The notes under the pieces are model-generated. The model did not search any database and had not been told where the DNA came from. It saw nothing but the letters and a program-made list of their open reading frames with translations. From Callorhinchus milii (Eukaryota): 64,000 nt of DNA. Location of the stretch: contig NW_024704743.1 in the NCBI RefSeq assembly GCF_018977255.1, positions 7,442,001 through 7,506,000 on the forward strand. Reading direction: 5' to 3'. A program made the translations under genes and the position numbers. Shown piece after piece: positions 12,743-25,991 of the stretch (positions within the stretch are counted from its first letter, which is position 1; each line of letters starts with the position of its first letter).

Positions 12743-13069
12743 GGAGTCCTGTAGCTCAGTGGTTAGAGCACTCGCTTTGCAAGTGAGAGACCTGAGTTCA
12801 ATTCCAGGCAGGGCGAAACCTTGGGCAAGTTTCCTTACTCCACACAGAGCCTAATAATAATCCCTCCAAAACTAAAAACAATAATTAAATTGGTCATTTT
12901 CAATCTACGACTGTTTGTGGGACATTGCTGTGCGCAATTGGCTGCCGCGTTCGCCCACAAATATACAGTCAATTCACTTTACAGTGTGTTCTGTGAAGCG
13001 CTTTGGGACGTCCTCCCGACTTGAAAAGCGCTATATCAAATGCAAGGATTATTATTATTATTATTATTA
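12743..13069 (+). mobile_element. tRNA-derived SINE with internal deletion, inserted into an old CR1 3' fragment
   Basis: A-box tagctcagtgg, B-box gttcaattcc, TGC anticodon loop, (TTA)n tail; CR1-like sequence on both sides (12570-12742, 13070-13162). Confidence 0.85.
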
Positions 13070-16000
13070 ATTCAGGAAAGGCCATGTGCATGCCACTGCC
13101 AGGATGGTGGAAGGCGAACTGGATGGACTTTGGTCTTTTTTGATCTAACATTTCCTATGTTCCTCTCCCATTGATCCCTGAGATGAGCAATCTGCGTTTC
13201 AGTTTCAGTGTAGCCCCAGTGTTTAAAGTTGCCCTGGAATCTGTGTGAGCTGCACTCTGTATACCGTGCAGTTAATCAGAGAATACACATGTGCGTCTGT
13301 GTGTGTGGGCAGGGAGTGGGAGGTGTCCTTTCAATGTAAAGTACTTCGGGAACTTGGCCACTCTTAAATTTTCCAGGCTCTGACATTGCCCCCACCAGTA
13401 TTGAGCACTAGAGGATACTGACATGTGCTGAGTGTATGGAGCAACTCAGTGTTAGATCCGTAGTTGATGCTTGTTAGCAAGTTCAGTCACAATTTTGGTG
13501 ACACAAAATGGTGCTGTGGAGCTGTACATATTATGTTGTAACTCACCAGTTGGTGTTTTTTGATCAGCCAAGTGTCTGACACATATCAAAACCCATCACC
13601 ATGCTTAAGAGTATCCAAGCCAGACTGAGAGTTCCACATATGTATGCCACCTAAACATGGAAAATTCCTTATGTCAGGAATGGAATGCATACTGTCTCCC
13701 AGAGGGATATACTCTGCTTAACTAATTCCAGAAAATATTAGCTGCAGGTTGGCAAAAGGCAAGGCTTGGGGACCCCAGAGTGTATATTGGGTACTACTGG
13801 AGTCTAACCAGCTAAAGATCACAAGATTGGTCCAGATGAAGAAGGCCCTTCAGCCCATCTGATCTCATTGCTACAGAACACCTACCCGACCTATCCCTCT
13901 AGGACACTTGCCATTGAGAGCACTACCTGGAAAACTAACAGCTGCTTTCCTACATAGGCCCATTGTACCTGTTAAGAGCTTTGGCTTGAAGGGTTAACAG
14001 GAGCTGAGTAAACCCACACCTGGTTCAAGAAGAGGACTATGCTAACTGCAACAGAGATTGACTCAATTCTGATATTCTGTTGCTATCTCAGCTCCATCCC
14101 TGGGGGTAATAACATAATTAGATGGGATAAACACTAAAAATACTTCCCAACACACACACATAATAACCCATTGAAAATAGCTTCAAAAGTAAATTAACTT
14201 ACAACGGTGGGATTTGCTGAATAAAGGGCCCATATTTTATCTGTGTTTTGCAACCATGAAATTGCATTTGGGGCGATTATGTACCATATTTTTATACCCC
14301 CCGCTCCCCCCCCCCCCAACCCCTCAAGGGTGATGGATGGCATAGTACATTTGTGGCACATTGCAATGGGGAGGGGACGTGCAGTGTAGATGAGAGGTTT
14401 GAGCTTCGAGCCACAATACCATACTTATTGTACAGGTTCAGGCCTTGGGAGTACACTGCTGATATTGCCAGCTGGGAAGTGGTGTAGTTGAGGAAATTAA
14501 TTTTTAGACATTTATCCTGTTAGCGCTTTGGGACGTCGTCCCAGCATGAATCACGCTATATAAATATAAATCTGTATTGTGCTACTGCCAGATACTTCTA
14601 ACATGTCTAGTGAGTTTATGTTCTTTTCAGGTCCTATAGCGAGGAAGAAAATGATATTTTTTTAAATGTTTCTGTATTCTGTGGAGCTCGGTCGGCATTG
14701 ATGGGGTGGTTGGTGGAACAATGTTTAAGTCAGCTGGTGTTTCATGAGAAAGCATCGCTCATCCTCACTCTACACCATTGATAATATGAAACCAGGAGCC
14801 CGTACCATTGAGACTAGAAGCCGCATAGACAAAACCCTCAACCTATCTCCCTATCAGCTTCCTGGGCATCATTCCTCCAGATCCGCTGCTCACGTCAATG
14901 GTACCTCATGTCCTGCTTACCTCATGACTCAGCGGAGCCTCATTGGTACCTCATGCCCTCATCCTCCCAGCAAATGATCACAAAACCTGTGAACATACAA
15001 GAGGGGAGAAGAGAGGAGAATTTGCTTAGAGGAGAGAGGGTTTACATTTGTTCTATTTTCTTAGCATTTGAGAATGTCCGGAATTTGGCAAGTTGTTGAA
15101 TTCAGGCATAAATTTGAAGCCTGCTCCCTGCAGTTTTTAAACAATACCTACAGAAAGCCCTCTTCAGAATGCAGGCTGGATTTAAGAATTTGCCAAATTC
15201 TGGATGCTTGGGCATCAACAACAAACAATAAATTGCATTTACAGACTGCCTTTCACGTTGGGTGGAAGTGAAAGGCGCTATTTAAAACAGGAGACAAATT
15301 CTAAGAAAATAGATGCCAGGAGATGGTCTCAAAGCGCTTCACAGAATTGGTTGGGGGCCTGAGCTGGGGGGGCATGAGAAGAAAAGGTGACCAAAAGTGC
15401 AGTCAAAAAGAAAACGTTTCTGAAATTGGCACTAAGGTGAATATGGGGTTAACTTAGTATCCGAGTGCCTGAGGTAGGAGTGCGAAATGGTACAACTTTA
15501 CCAAGTGCAAAACAGGAGAAAGGTTTAATCCCTTCTAGTCCTGGAGCACCTAAATACTAATCTAGTGCCTCTGTACTAAATTCTCTAAAGAAAGCAGCAG
15601 AGCTGAGCAAATAGCAACAAGCTGCCTATTTTTGAAGTCAGCAGTCATTAATTCTGCGACAGTTCCCTTTCAATACATAGTGCGCACACAGCGCAAGACA
15701 AGAGGTGTCACAACAGATTAAGTAAAAGTAATCTGAGTCGTATATGAAGGTTCTCTGGAGTGAAGAAGCCTGCCTTGTAGCAGCCTTTGGATCAGTTTTT
15801 CTAGCTGTCGCTTATGAGCGCTGACCCGATTCCACATCTAAAAATACGTCTTAGCTCCCAGTAACTGTGGAAATGTATCACGGCGCCTACACAACAACCA
15901 CACAAAAAGTGCACCTCGCACCATTTGTAGCATCAGCTGTCAGGTCTCTGAAGCTCACTCCTTGCGGCCTCTTCACTGGGTCTCGTTGTGAGGCAGAGTA

Positions 16001-16564
16001 CATGAAAAAATAATGACTTTGCACTTCGACGCTGCGACTTGAAAGCCATTGCAAGTCAGAACCGTGCTAATCAAAATAATAATAATAATCCTTAACTTGG
16101 GTGTAGCGCATTTTACATCTGGGGGATGTGTCAAAGTGCTTCACAGGATTTATCGTAAAGTGTAGTGACTTTGTATCTTGTGGGTGAATACAGGAGCCAA
16201 CTGCCCACAGCAGCATCCCATAAACAGCCATGAAGTAACTTCATCTCGGGTATTTTCACTTGATATATGGGTGAAAAACATGGTGGGTGATGTGATCACT
16301 TGTGGGATGTTCCACACAGGGCCAAGTTGGTGATTGGCTGCACAGGACTGTGAACTCACATGTTTGGGTGGATGTTAAAGATCCCGTGGCACTATTGGAA
16401 AAGAGTGTCCTGTCCTGGCCAACAATCCAACAGATAAAATTGATCATTCACTTAATCGCTGTTTATGGGACAATGGCTGCCATGTTTGCCTTCGAAATAC
16501 ACAGTCCCTACACTTTAAAGTGAATCCTGGGAATACCTTGAGATGTTTTCCTGATGTCTTCCTC

Positions 16565-16753
16565 CTGCAGCAGTGATTAAATCGGATAGTGTAGATGCAT
16601 TTAAGAAGAATTTAGATATACACATGAGGGAGAAGGGAATAGAAGGGTTTGAGAGGATGTAAGGAGTGGAGACTCATATGGAGCATAAACTCCGGCACGG
16701 ACTATTTGGGCTGAATGGCCAGTTTCAGTGCTGTTCAATGTATGTAAATCTAT
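16565..16753 (+). mobile_element. CR1 LINE 3' tail fragment
   Basis: gatgcatttaagaagaatttagat...gggctgaatggcc...tctatg tail. Confidence 0.7.
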
Positions 16754-17569
16754 GACATATTACAACGTAACAAGGAGCCATATCAAATGTAATCGGAAAG
16801 GTTATTTCTCCCTGTGACTAACGATCCTCCAGTTAAATTAATTATTCACCTCACGGGTAATTTTGCTGATCTTGCTCATGCAAAAATGCCCACAAAATCA
16901 GTCACTGCCCTTGACATTACATGTGAAGTGCTTTTAAATGTTTCAGGGGACTGTTCGATGGTGCAGTGCATAGAGCTGCAGGTTATGAAACAGCAGTTCA
17001 CTGATTTCAAATCCTGGTCCACGCTGAGTTTGCTGGTCTCGGCTAGGGTTGTATAGAGAGGCTAAATTGGCCCTGACTACCCCAGGCCTAGGGAGGGGTT
17101 ACCTCTCCTGATCCCTGTATAGCATCTTCTATTGGTTGCGTGCATTTAACAGCTGAATGGGGGGAGGTTAGGCTAGGCTGTGACTTTCTCTACAATTGAA
17201 AGGTCTTCCTGCCAAAGTTCACTCAAAAAGAGTGGCCACTTGGGGTGGGGAATGGGGTTTCAGCCAGAAACTGTGGAACTGCACCTCAGCAAGAGGAGGC
17301 TAGTCCAGGAGCAGTGAAGTGCCAGTGGGGGTATTAGAAAAATAATTGAACCCTACATTTATACAGTAAACCTCACAAAAGTGGTATCAGTTGGGACCAT
17401 ACATTTAATATGATTATGCTAAGTATGAATTATGTTGAACTTGCATAGAATATAAACTCTTGAACAGGACTTGGGTAGATTTAGGCAATTATTTGATTTA
17501 TATAGATCAGATTTATGCATGTTTTACTGTATAAAAAGGATGTTTCAATGTAATAAGGCGCTGTAATAG

Positions 17570-18049
17570 TGACCCCATCACTCTCACCCACGCCCGACCC
17601 TACTGGCTCCCCATCCCCTAGAGGATCGAGTTCAAGATCCTCGTCCTCACCTTTAAGGCTATCCATGGCCTTGCCCCCTTCTACCTCTCTGATCTGCTGA
17701 CTCCCTACCAATCTGCTCACTCCCTCCGTTCAGCAGACCACAGCCTGCTCCACGTCTCCCGCCCAACCTGCCCTACCATTGATGGCCGGGCTTTCAGCCT
17801 CTCTGCCCCCACACTCTGGAACTCCATCCCACAGTCCCTTTGCCTTGCTTCCTCCCTTGCCACCTTCAAGGCCAGTCTCAAGACCATTCTCTTCAACCGT
17901 GCCTTTGGTCTCCCTCCCACCTCTCTGCCTTCCCTCACCCCTACACCACCCCTCCCCCATGCTCGGGCCTCAACACCTGACTGTTCAGCGATTTGGGACG
18001 TCCTCCCGACGTGAAAGGCGCTCTATAAATGTAATTTTGTTGTTGTTGT
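17570..18049 (+). mobile_element. L2 LINE 3' fragment
   Basis: tggctccccatcccctagaggatcgagttcaagatcctc (WLPIPxRIEFKIL), 3' stem-loop gggacgtcctcccgacgtgaaaggcgct, (TTG)n tail. Confidence 0.88.
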
Positions 18050-18610
18050 AATAATGAAAGTTTGTCCTCTGCACTGGACTGTCAGCCTATGCCTTTTAGA
18101 CCTTGATGTTTAATAGTTACTTAATTAAGTATAATTTTTCATTTCAGTGGAATTTTTTTTTGAAACGTGTTTATGGTCAAAGTAGTGGTAGTGAGTTGGC
18201 TGTGTGTGCATTGGTCAATTATCACTTATATGGGCCCTGGAAGTAATTCTACGGCTTTAAGAATGTCTCATTGGCGTTCGCTGAGTGTTAGGTATTTTTC
18301 ACGCCTTCACATCAGCTTGATCTATCTGCATTTAAAAGCAGAAGAAAATTTGAGTGCTGAGCCCCACGCCAGGGATTGTGTTTTGCTGGAAGCTCTGACA
18401 GTGATGGGAGGGAACTACTTCAAAGAATCAGCAAAGCAAATGCTGTTTCAAGAGAGGAGAGAAGGCGTACAGCCTCATCTTACTAATAATAGTTCTCCTG
18501 ATTTGATATAAGCACTCAAGTACTGTATCTAAAAGTGTTTCACATGTAATTGCTGTTGAGTGGATTACCTATTTATTTGTAGGCAACACAGCAGCCAATT
18601 TCTATCCCAT

Positions 18611-19035
18611 AATAATAATAATAATAATCCTTGCATTTGATGTAGTGCCTTATCATGTCAGCGAGATGTCTCAAAGTGCTTCACAGGATATACTGTAAAT
18701 TGGTGTGACTTTGTATTTTGTGTGTGAAACGCGGCAGCCAGTTGCACACAGCTATGACCCACAAACAGCCATGAAATGAGTGACCAAGTGTTATTTGGAG
18801 GATTGTTGGCTGGGACATCAGGAGAAACTCCTGTCTCTTTTCGAATAGTGTCATGGGATCCTCAACGTCACCTGAACAGGCAGACGGGACCTCAGTTTAA
18901 TGTCTCCTACAAAAGACAGTGTCTCCCCAGCACTGCAATGGAGTGTCAGTTTAGACTATGAGATTCCAAGTCCCAATTTGGGGCTTGAAACCGCAACCTT
19001 CTGATTCAGAGGCTTAGAGTGCTACTACTGCACCA
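18611..19035 (-). mobile_element. Near full-length Deu-domain SINE (reverse)
   Basis: (TAA)n tail at 18611, body, and tRNA-like head caaccttctgattcagaggc at ~19000. Confidence 0.8.
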
Positions 19036-20879
19036 GGGTAACACAAAACAGCCAAGCGGTGAATGACTCATTTATCTCGACTCGATTGTTCGCCACATGA
19101 CCAGGAGAAACTGTCTTTTCAAATGTCATGGGATCTTTAACATCCACCTTGACAGTCAGTCAGGAGCTCAGTTTAATGTCTTGTTCAAAGGATGCCAACT
19201 CTAGCAATGCAGCAACAATATAACAACTTCCATTTATGCAGTGCCTTTCACATTGGGAGGATATCTTGAAGTCTCAATTTGAGGTTTCAGTCCTCGCACC
19301 CTTCTGACCTAGAAGCAACAGTGCAACCAATAAACTGAGTGAAGCTGATAATTGATCTCAATTGGTAACAAGCTCAGTGGTCATTCACTTAATGGCTGTT
19401 TGTGGGATATTGCTGTGTGCAAATTGGCTACCGTTCATCCCAAAATACACAGTTACTATACTTTACAGCGAATCCTGTCAAGCACTTTGAGACATTTCAA
19501 TGCCAAGATGATAAGCAGCAATATCAAAATTCAAGTATTATTATTATTTTATTATTATAGTGTAGATTATTTTTCGGGACATGAAGATTATTCAGCTTAA
19601 GTTGCACCTTTGCTATTGAAACTAATCTGCAGTAAAACTGAATAAATACAGATGCTAATGAATGTTATAATGAGTACCAGATAGTGTAGGCAAAGGGTCT
19701 GAAAACCTGCTCTCACTGATGGTGGGGCAGACTGGGCTAGGGCCTCGAGGAGGCCAGAGTTGATGGAGTAGCGGCAGGAGGATTGCAAGAGTTGGCAGAG
19801 ACAGGATAGGGCAAGGTTGTGGAGGCATTTGGAGTTGAAGATGAGGATTTTCAATTCAACCCACTGGGGGATATGGAGCCAATGAACTACATGAGCCTGG
19901 TGTGGGAGGGAAGGCGCTGTGGCGTTTGGGATAATCTGGAGTTTATCGTGTGCAAATTGTGGAAAATTTTCATGCGCAAATTGGCTCTTGTTTTTGCCTA
20001 CAAATACATTGACACAGCATTACCTGTGAAACACCTTGAGATGTTTTAATGTTATGGGTGCTATATAAAATATAAGGATTATTATTTTATGGGGTTAAAG
20101 GAGGAAGGAGAGTAGAGAAAATTGGTGAGAGACATTTAAACGTTTTGTATCTTTTAAGCTTTTGCAAATAGTAGTGCCCTGAATGAACATTACACATAGA
20201 CGCTAATGATGTCCTCTACAGTACCTCAGGATCACAAACAATGGGCCAGATAGTTTACCACACACTGTATTATGCTGTTTGTGAAAAAAAATCATCTCTC
20301 TACAATAGCACATTCGGATATTTAAGTGGCTGCCAATACAGCTTATCAGTCCTCAGCCCTTTATGAGCTCTTTGTATGTTTTCTGTGCTATTTTAAAAAA
20401 AATTGCAGATAAAGAAATGAAACCCAAATTGTCATTTGTGTCTGCATATTAATTCTGAAACCCGTCAGTCAGAGCCTGCTGCTGATCCCTAACCAGCTCT
20501 GATTTCCCCTGGGACAAAGCCAGCACTTCTCAGTCTGCTTGCTGCAGGCACAGTGAGATCTATCAGTGATGGAGGTGGATTTGGGTCTTAGGTTTAGCCT
20601 GGATTTAAAACCAAGGGCGTGCGTTTTCCTAATACCCTCCGTGTTAAAGTCCTTTTCTCTGGGAGTGTCACAAACCTTTAGGGTTCGATTTCATTTGCAT
20701 GGTAATGTTAATTTTTACTCTTAAATATGTTTCCAGTATGAATTTGTGCCACTATTGGATGCTGGAGACGAATAGATAGTTACATCGACTGAAATTAAAG
20801 CACCATTTCCCAAATGTCTATGACTCCAATTATTCCTAAACTTTAAATAAAATTATACATAGATCTTCCTCAGAGAGCT

Positions 20880-21252
20880 CAGAGACTGGGCAGTGTGTTA
20901 CTGAGTGACACAAAACTGGGTTCGATTCCCGGATGGTCCGAAACCTAGACTAGTTTCCATGCTCCACACGCTTTTGTTTACCTAACAGGAAGTAGGAACC
21001 CGGTTGTTAGTCGATAGGCGGATCGTTTTCCAGGGGTAATAATCCCTCTCCCCTCTCCCCCACCAAAAGCAAATAATAATTTGGTCACTCAATCCACGAC
21101 TGTTTGTGGGATACTGCTGTGCGCAATTGGCTGCCATGTTTCGCCCACAAAACACACAGTCAATGACTTTACAATATCCTGTATTCTGTGAAGCGCTTTG
21201 AGATGTGTCAAGATGTGATAAGGAGCTATATCAAATACAAGGATTATTATTA
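20880..21252 (+). mobile_element. tRNA-derived SINE
   Basis: B-box ggttcgattccc, family body, tail aaggattattatt. Confidence 0.8.
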
Positions 21253-22929
21253 TAAACCGGAAGGGCCTTCTTCATCCAGATCAGTTTTGTGATGTTGTGA
21301 AATGCCCCGGTTTGATTTCTGATCTTGTCAAATCAGCTGAGGGTACAAGGCGAGAGCAGGCGAAAGCAAGCGAAGAGTACCAATAAGGAATAAATAAGGA
21401 CATGAATAGATTGGCAGAAGAGACTCAATTAATGCTTTTGAGTATTAACTAAGAACCAGTAAACTCACCAGATGACTTCCAATTACATCACTCTCCTTAC
21501 CACATAGAGGAGATTCTTACCAATTTCTTCCAATTATCATATAAATGTAGTCCCCCTACGTTGCTACAAAAAAACAGCCCCTGGCATCGTAGCAGGATTT
21601 TTTATTAGAATGACTTGTGCGTTAAATATTTCATCGTTGTCTCATTTGAGCAAAGCACAACATGCCAGCCATCTGGCTTGTTCATGGTCATGTCCTCGTC
21701 TGTCTTCTCAACAGACAAATGTTCTCTAACATGAATTGTACTAGTAAGCACCAATGTGTCACAGTGGATTGGTGGATCCCAGCTATGCCAGCCCTCACAA
21801 TAGCAGCTGATTATTCCTTCTTGACTATATATCCGGGGGAGGGGAAGAAATTCCCCCTGGGTTCAGGCTTAGACTTTTCTCTTAGCATTTTGCCCACAAA
21901 ATGTACAGTCAATTCACTTTACAGTATATTCTGTAAAGCGCTTTGAGACGCATCGAAGACATGATAAGGCGCGATATCAAATGCAAGGATTATTATTATT
22001 TCAGAGTGCCCAAATAGTGGGCAGTTCTCAATTGTAGCTTTAATTTTGAAGCTTTTGTTTGTAGTTCTTCAAAGAAGACTGAATTTAGGAATTGTTAAAA
22101 ATGTACCCACTGAAATGCTACGATAAAAAGCCAAAGTCGAAAGGCATGTGGAGTTCTTCTCTCTCCTCTCAAATAATGTCCATTCTTATCAGGACAGGAG
22201 GTGGGAGGGGCAGGTTGTGTGACTTTTGCTAACCTTCCAGTTAAAGGATAAGATAAAATAGTTTAAGATAGTTACTATGGGATTATTTGCTGTGACAAAA
22301 TGCTACAGAGATAAGTGGGCTTAAAGGAAAAGGCGCTGCAAAGACATTTGGTGGTTTCAAACCTTTTATCAAGTACCAGGATGACAGGACTGAGCCTCAA
22401 ATCCCTGATAAAAATTGTTGCTAATCTGTTATCACAGAGCTTTGTGCTGTTATGTGTCACGTGATACAGAGGTGACATGCACAAAGCAAAGAGGTAGCAT
22501 TTGTACAAAGCTCATTTGCTCTCTTGTGGGTCGGTCACTCTGCACAACATACTGTCCCCTGGATGTTGACCCGTAGCCGCAGAGCAGTGAAGGAAACACT
22601 ATTGAGCAATATTTGTAATGATTCTTAACCAGAGGCTCTGAGTTTCTCATCGTGTCAGCCTACCAGGTCATATTTATCTTAAATTTTCAGATTACACAGA
22701 ATTTTTGAGAATTCTTAAATCCAGTTTTAACGTGGAAGCCGATTTTTTGCAGTCCTTAAAATAATTTAAGATTTTTTTTACAATTCAGTGTCATTTTAAG
22801 ATAATATTGTCCTAAAGGCTAAGGTGAGGTAGAATTTCAGGCCTCAAATTCCTTAACAAAGAATCTTGTTAGAATTTCCATCCACTCCCAGGAACTACAT
22901 TGGCTCTGGATGTTGACTATGTTGGGATA

Positions 22930-24398
22930 AAGTCTCACTCCAGGGCTTTGAACACATGGACTAGGCTGACATTCCAATTGTCAGAGGAACCATCCTTCGG
23001 ATGCGATGGTAAATTGAGTTCCTGTCTGTCATTAATGTTCAGGTGGATATAAAATCTCCTTTAGCACAACTCAGAAAGAGAAAGTTTCTCTTGTAGTCCT
23101 GGCCGACAATCCCCCAGATAAAATTGTTTGTTCACTTCATGGCTGTTTTTCCTCCGGCCCCCGCATTGTCTCGTGCGGTGTCCCTCAAGGCTCTGTCCTC
23201 GGTCCCCTCCTCTTCACCCTCTATATGCTCCCCCTCGGTGACATCATCCGCAGACATGGGGTTAACTTCCACATGTATGCGGATGACACCCAACTCTACC
23301 TTTCCTCCTCTACCCTCAACTCCACGACCACCGATGTCCTGACAGCTGTCTGTCCGACATCGAGTCCTCGACGAGAGATAACTTTCTCCAGCTCAACGTG
23401 CGCAAAACTGAGGCCCTCCTGATTGGTTCGCGTCAGCGCCTCCGCACCTCAGGCGCTGACACCATCAGCATCCAAGGCTGCACTCTCCACCTCTCAAAGT
23501 CAGTCAGGAACCTCGGGGTTCTGTTCAACCCTGAGCTGTCCTTTCTCCCTCATATCCGCGCCACAACTGGCACCGCCTTCCATCACCTCTGGAATGTCGC
23601 CAGACTACGGCACTACCTCACCCCTCACGCTGCTGAAACCCTGGTCCACGCCTTTGTCACCTCAAGGCTGGACTATGGGAACTCTCTCCTCGCCGGCCTT
23701 CCCGGCACCTCCCTCCACAAACTGCAGGTCATTCAGAACTCTGCAGCTCGTGTACTGTCCTGCACCAGGCTTCGCGATCACATCACTCCCACCCTCGCTC
23801 GCCTCCACTGGCTCCCCATCCCCCAGAGGATCGAATTCAAGATCCTCACCTACAAGGCCATTCACGGCCTCGCTCCCTCCTACCTCTCCGACCTACTATC
23901 CCCCTACCTACCCGCCCGTACCCTCCGTTCCTCTGGCTCTGGTCTGCTCCACACCCCCCGCCCTAACCGCCCTACCATCGGTGGCCGGGCCTTCAGCCCC
24001 GAGGCTCTGGAACTCTATCCCCCAGTGCCTTCGCCGCCTCCTCCCTTTCCTCCTTCAAGGCCGGTCTCAAGACCTTTCTCTTTGACCGTGCCTTCAGCTC
24101 CCCTCTCGACTCTCTGCCCCCTCCTCGCTCCCTCCCTTCCCTCCCCTCACCCTGACCATTTCCCCCTTGCTCGGGTCCTGACCCAACTGTACAACGCTTT
24201 GGGACGTCCTCCCGACGTGAAAGGCGCTAATAAATGGAATCTTGTTGTTGTTGTTGTTTGTGGGACATTGCTGTGCGGCAATTGGCTGCTGCATTCACCG
24301 ACAAAACACCACTTTACAGTAAATCCTGTGAAGCGCTTTAAGATGTCCTTCTGATGTGAAAGGCGCTTTATCAAATGCAAGGATTACTATTATTATTA
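22930..24398 (+). mobile_element. Deu-domain SINE split by an L2 insertion (halves 22930-23148 and 24260-24398)
   Basis: SINE consensus ...ttcatggctgttt|gtgggacattgctgtg... is interrupted and resumes exactly after the L2 tail. Confidence 0.8.
23149..24259 (+). mobile_element. Young 5'-truncated L2 LINE (RT C-half, ORF2 C-terminus, 3' UTR)
   Basis: ggtgtccctcaaggctctgtcctcggtccc ([10 protein letters not shown]), [31 protein letters not shown]; (TTG)n tail; frameshifts present. Confidence 0.92.
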
Positions 24399-24835
24399 AA
24401 ATCGATCCCCATGTTTCATAACTTTACCTTCCTCGAGCCTTGGATTTCCCTCCGCTTTCCGTAGAACTCTTAACGCATCACAAAGAGTCTGAAGGGTGAT
24501 TGGAATCGTTAAACTGATTAAAGTGTCTGAATCCTACAGTAACCACTTCATCACACAAAGAGATTTCATAAGATGCCGGATCAGTGGAGAGACCACTGTT
24601 AACAGCACTGTCCTGCAGAGAGTGTGATGCAGTATTACAGCTGAACTCTCATTCACCTCGGGCCCTGAACTGGGGAACGTCACTCGGAGGTGTAGTCACA
24701 CCTATCCTATAAATAACCATCCTGAGACTTTACAGGGAGCTGCCAGGCTGACAGTTGTGTGACATTTTGTGACGCATTTGAGGTGTTAGTTACCACCAGT
24801 GAGAATTAAGTCACGTGTTACCCGCGATTTGCTGA

Positions 24836-25080
24836 AACAACAATAACAACTTGTATCTATGTAGCGCCCTTCACACAGGATGGCGTCTCGGAGCACTGCA
24901 CAGTGACGGAGTTGGACGGCGAGCAAAGGAGGAGGAGGAGGTGACCATAGGCGCAATTGAAGAGGTACGTCTCGAAGAGGGATTTAAAGATGGATAAGGA
25001 GAGGGAGAGGTGGAGATCTTGAGACAAGGAACTCCAGAGGTTTAGTGGCTGAAGGCAATGCTACCGATAATGGAACTTAG
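24836..25080 (-). mobile_element. L2 LINE 3' fragment
   Basis: aacaacaataacaacttgtatctatgtagcgcccttcac tail; purine-rich body typical of reverse L2 ends here. Confidence 0.7.
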
Positions 25081-25991
25081 ATAGTGGATACTCTTAAGCA
25101 TGGTGATGGTTTTCTACATGTGTCAGACATCCGGCTGACCCTCAAAAATAGTGGCACAGAGGGGACGGGACGCACAGCAGGCCTGTGATATGAGAACGAA
25201 GGGATGGTACAAGCAAGTTAGAAATGTAAGGGAGGTGCTAGGACGTAAAGGGATTTATATGTGAGAGTGAGGACCTTGAAGTCAATCCTTTTGGAGATGA
25301 GGATCCAGTGGAGCTTGGCAAGGATTGCAGTGATGGGTGTGCAGAGTTTGTTGTGGCTGAGGACACAGGTGGTGGAGTGTTGAATGAGATGGACCTTGTG
25401 GATGGTGAAAACTGGGGAGACCAGCAAGGAGCCCGATTGAGAAATTAAGACAGAGCAATTTTCACCAGGGATAAATAACACTTCAAATCTGTTATGAAAC
25501 GTGGTGATTTTTCAACTCGATTTCTTTGGCACAAGTGTACAAAGTGCTGCTCATTTACTGGGTGTGATAAACAGAAATAGCCGGAGGCTGAAATAAAAAC
25601 AGAAAAGGCTGGGTAAGCACAGCAGGTAACCCAGCATGGCTCTCAGATGCCAGTTTACCTGCTGTGTGTTTACGTGCTGTGAATTGACAGGAATAGGCAG
25701 CTCCGTTCCTCTGAAGTACAGGCATTTGGCAGTAACCAGGGGTACGTATTTAAGTGTGGTTTCGTGCCAATTCAGAGTCACACTGAGATCTGAGGAGCAT
25801 CAGGTTCTTTGTTTCACTCTGCCTGTTACTGGGTTCAATGATCAGCAAAGTGTGAAATGTTCTCTGCTCACCAGCGAAATGTGTGATTTTCATACCATCT
25901 GTGATGCTTTCATAACCAACACCATAGTTTTAAAACACATTTTAGAATTGTTTTGAAAACACATGATAATTTTCTTAACAAAGAGTAGTTT

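Noticed and set aside
12743..12815. tRNA-Ala(TGC)-like gene (also at 11849, 29963, 47017, 59675)
   Set aside because: Runs directly into a shared SINE body and L2-type tail; stems and anticodon vary among copies, so these are SINE heads
23398..24354. 318-aa ORF and overlapping Pro/Ser-rich ORFs
   Set aside because: L2 ORF2 remnant reading through into 3' UTR and SINE; the C-rich strand gives spurious ORFs
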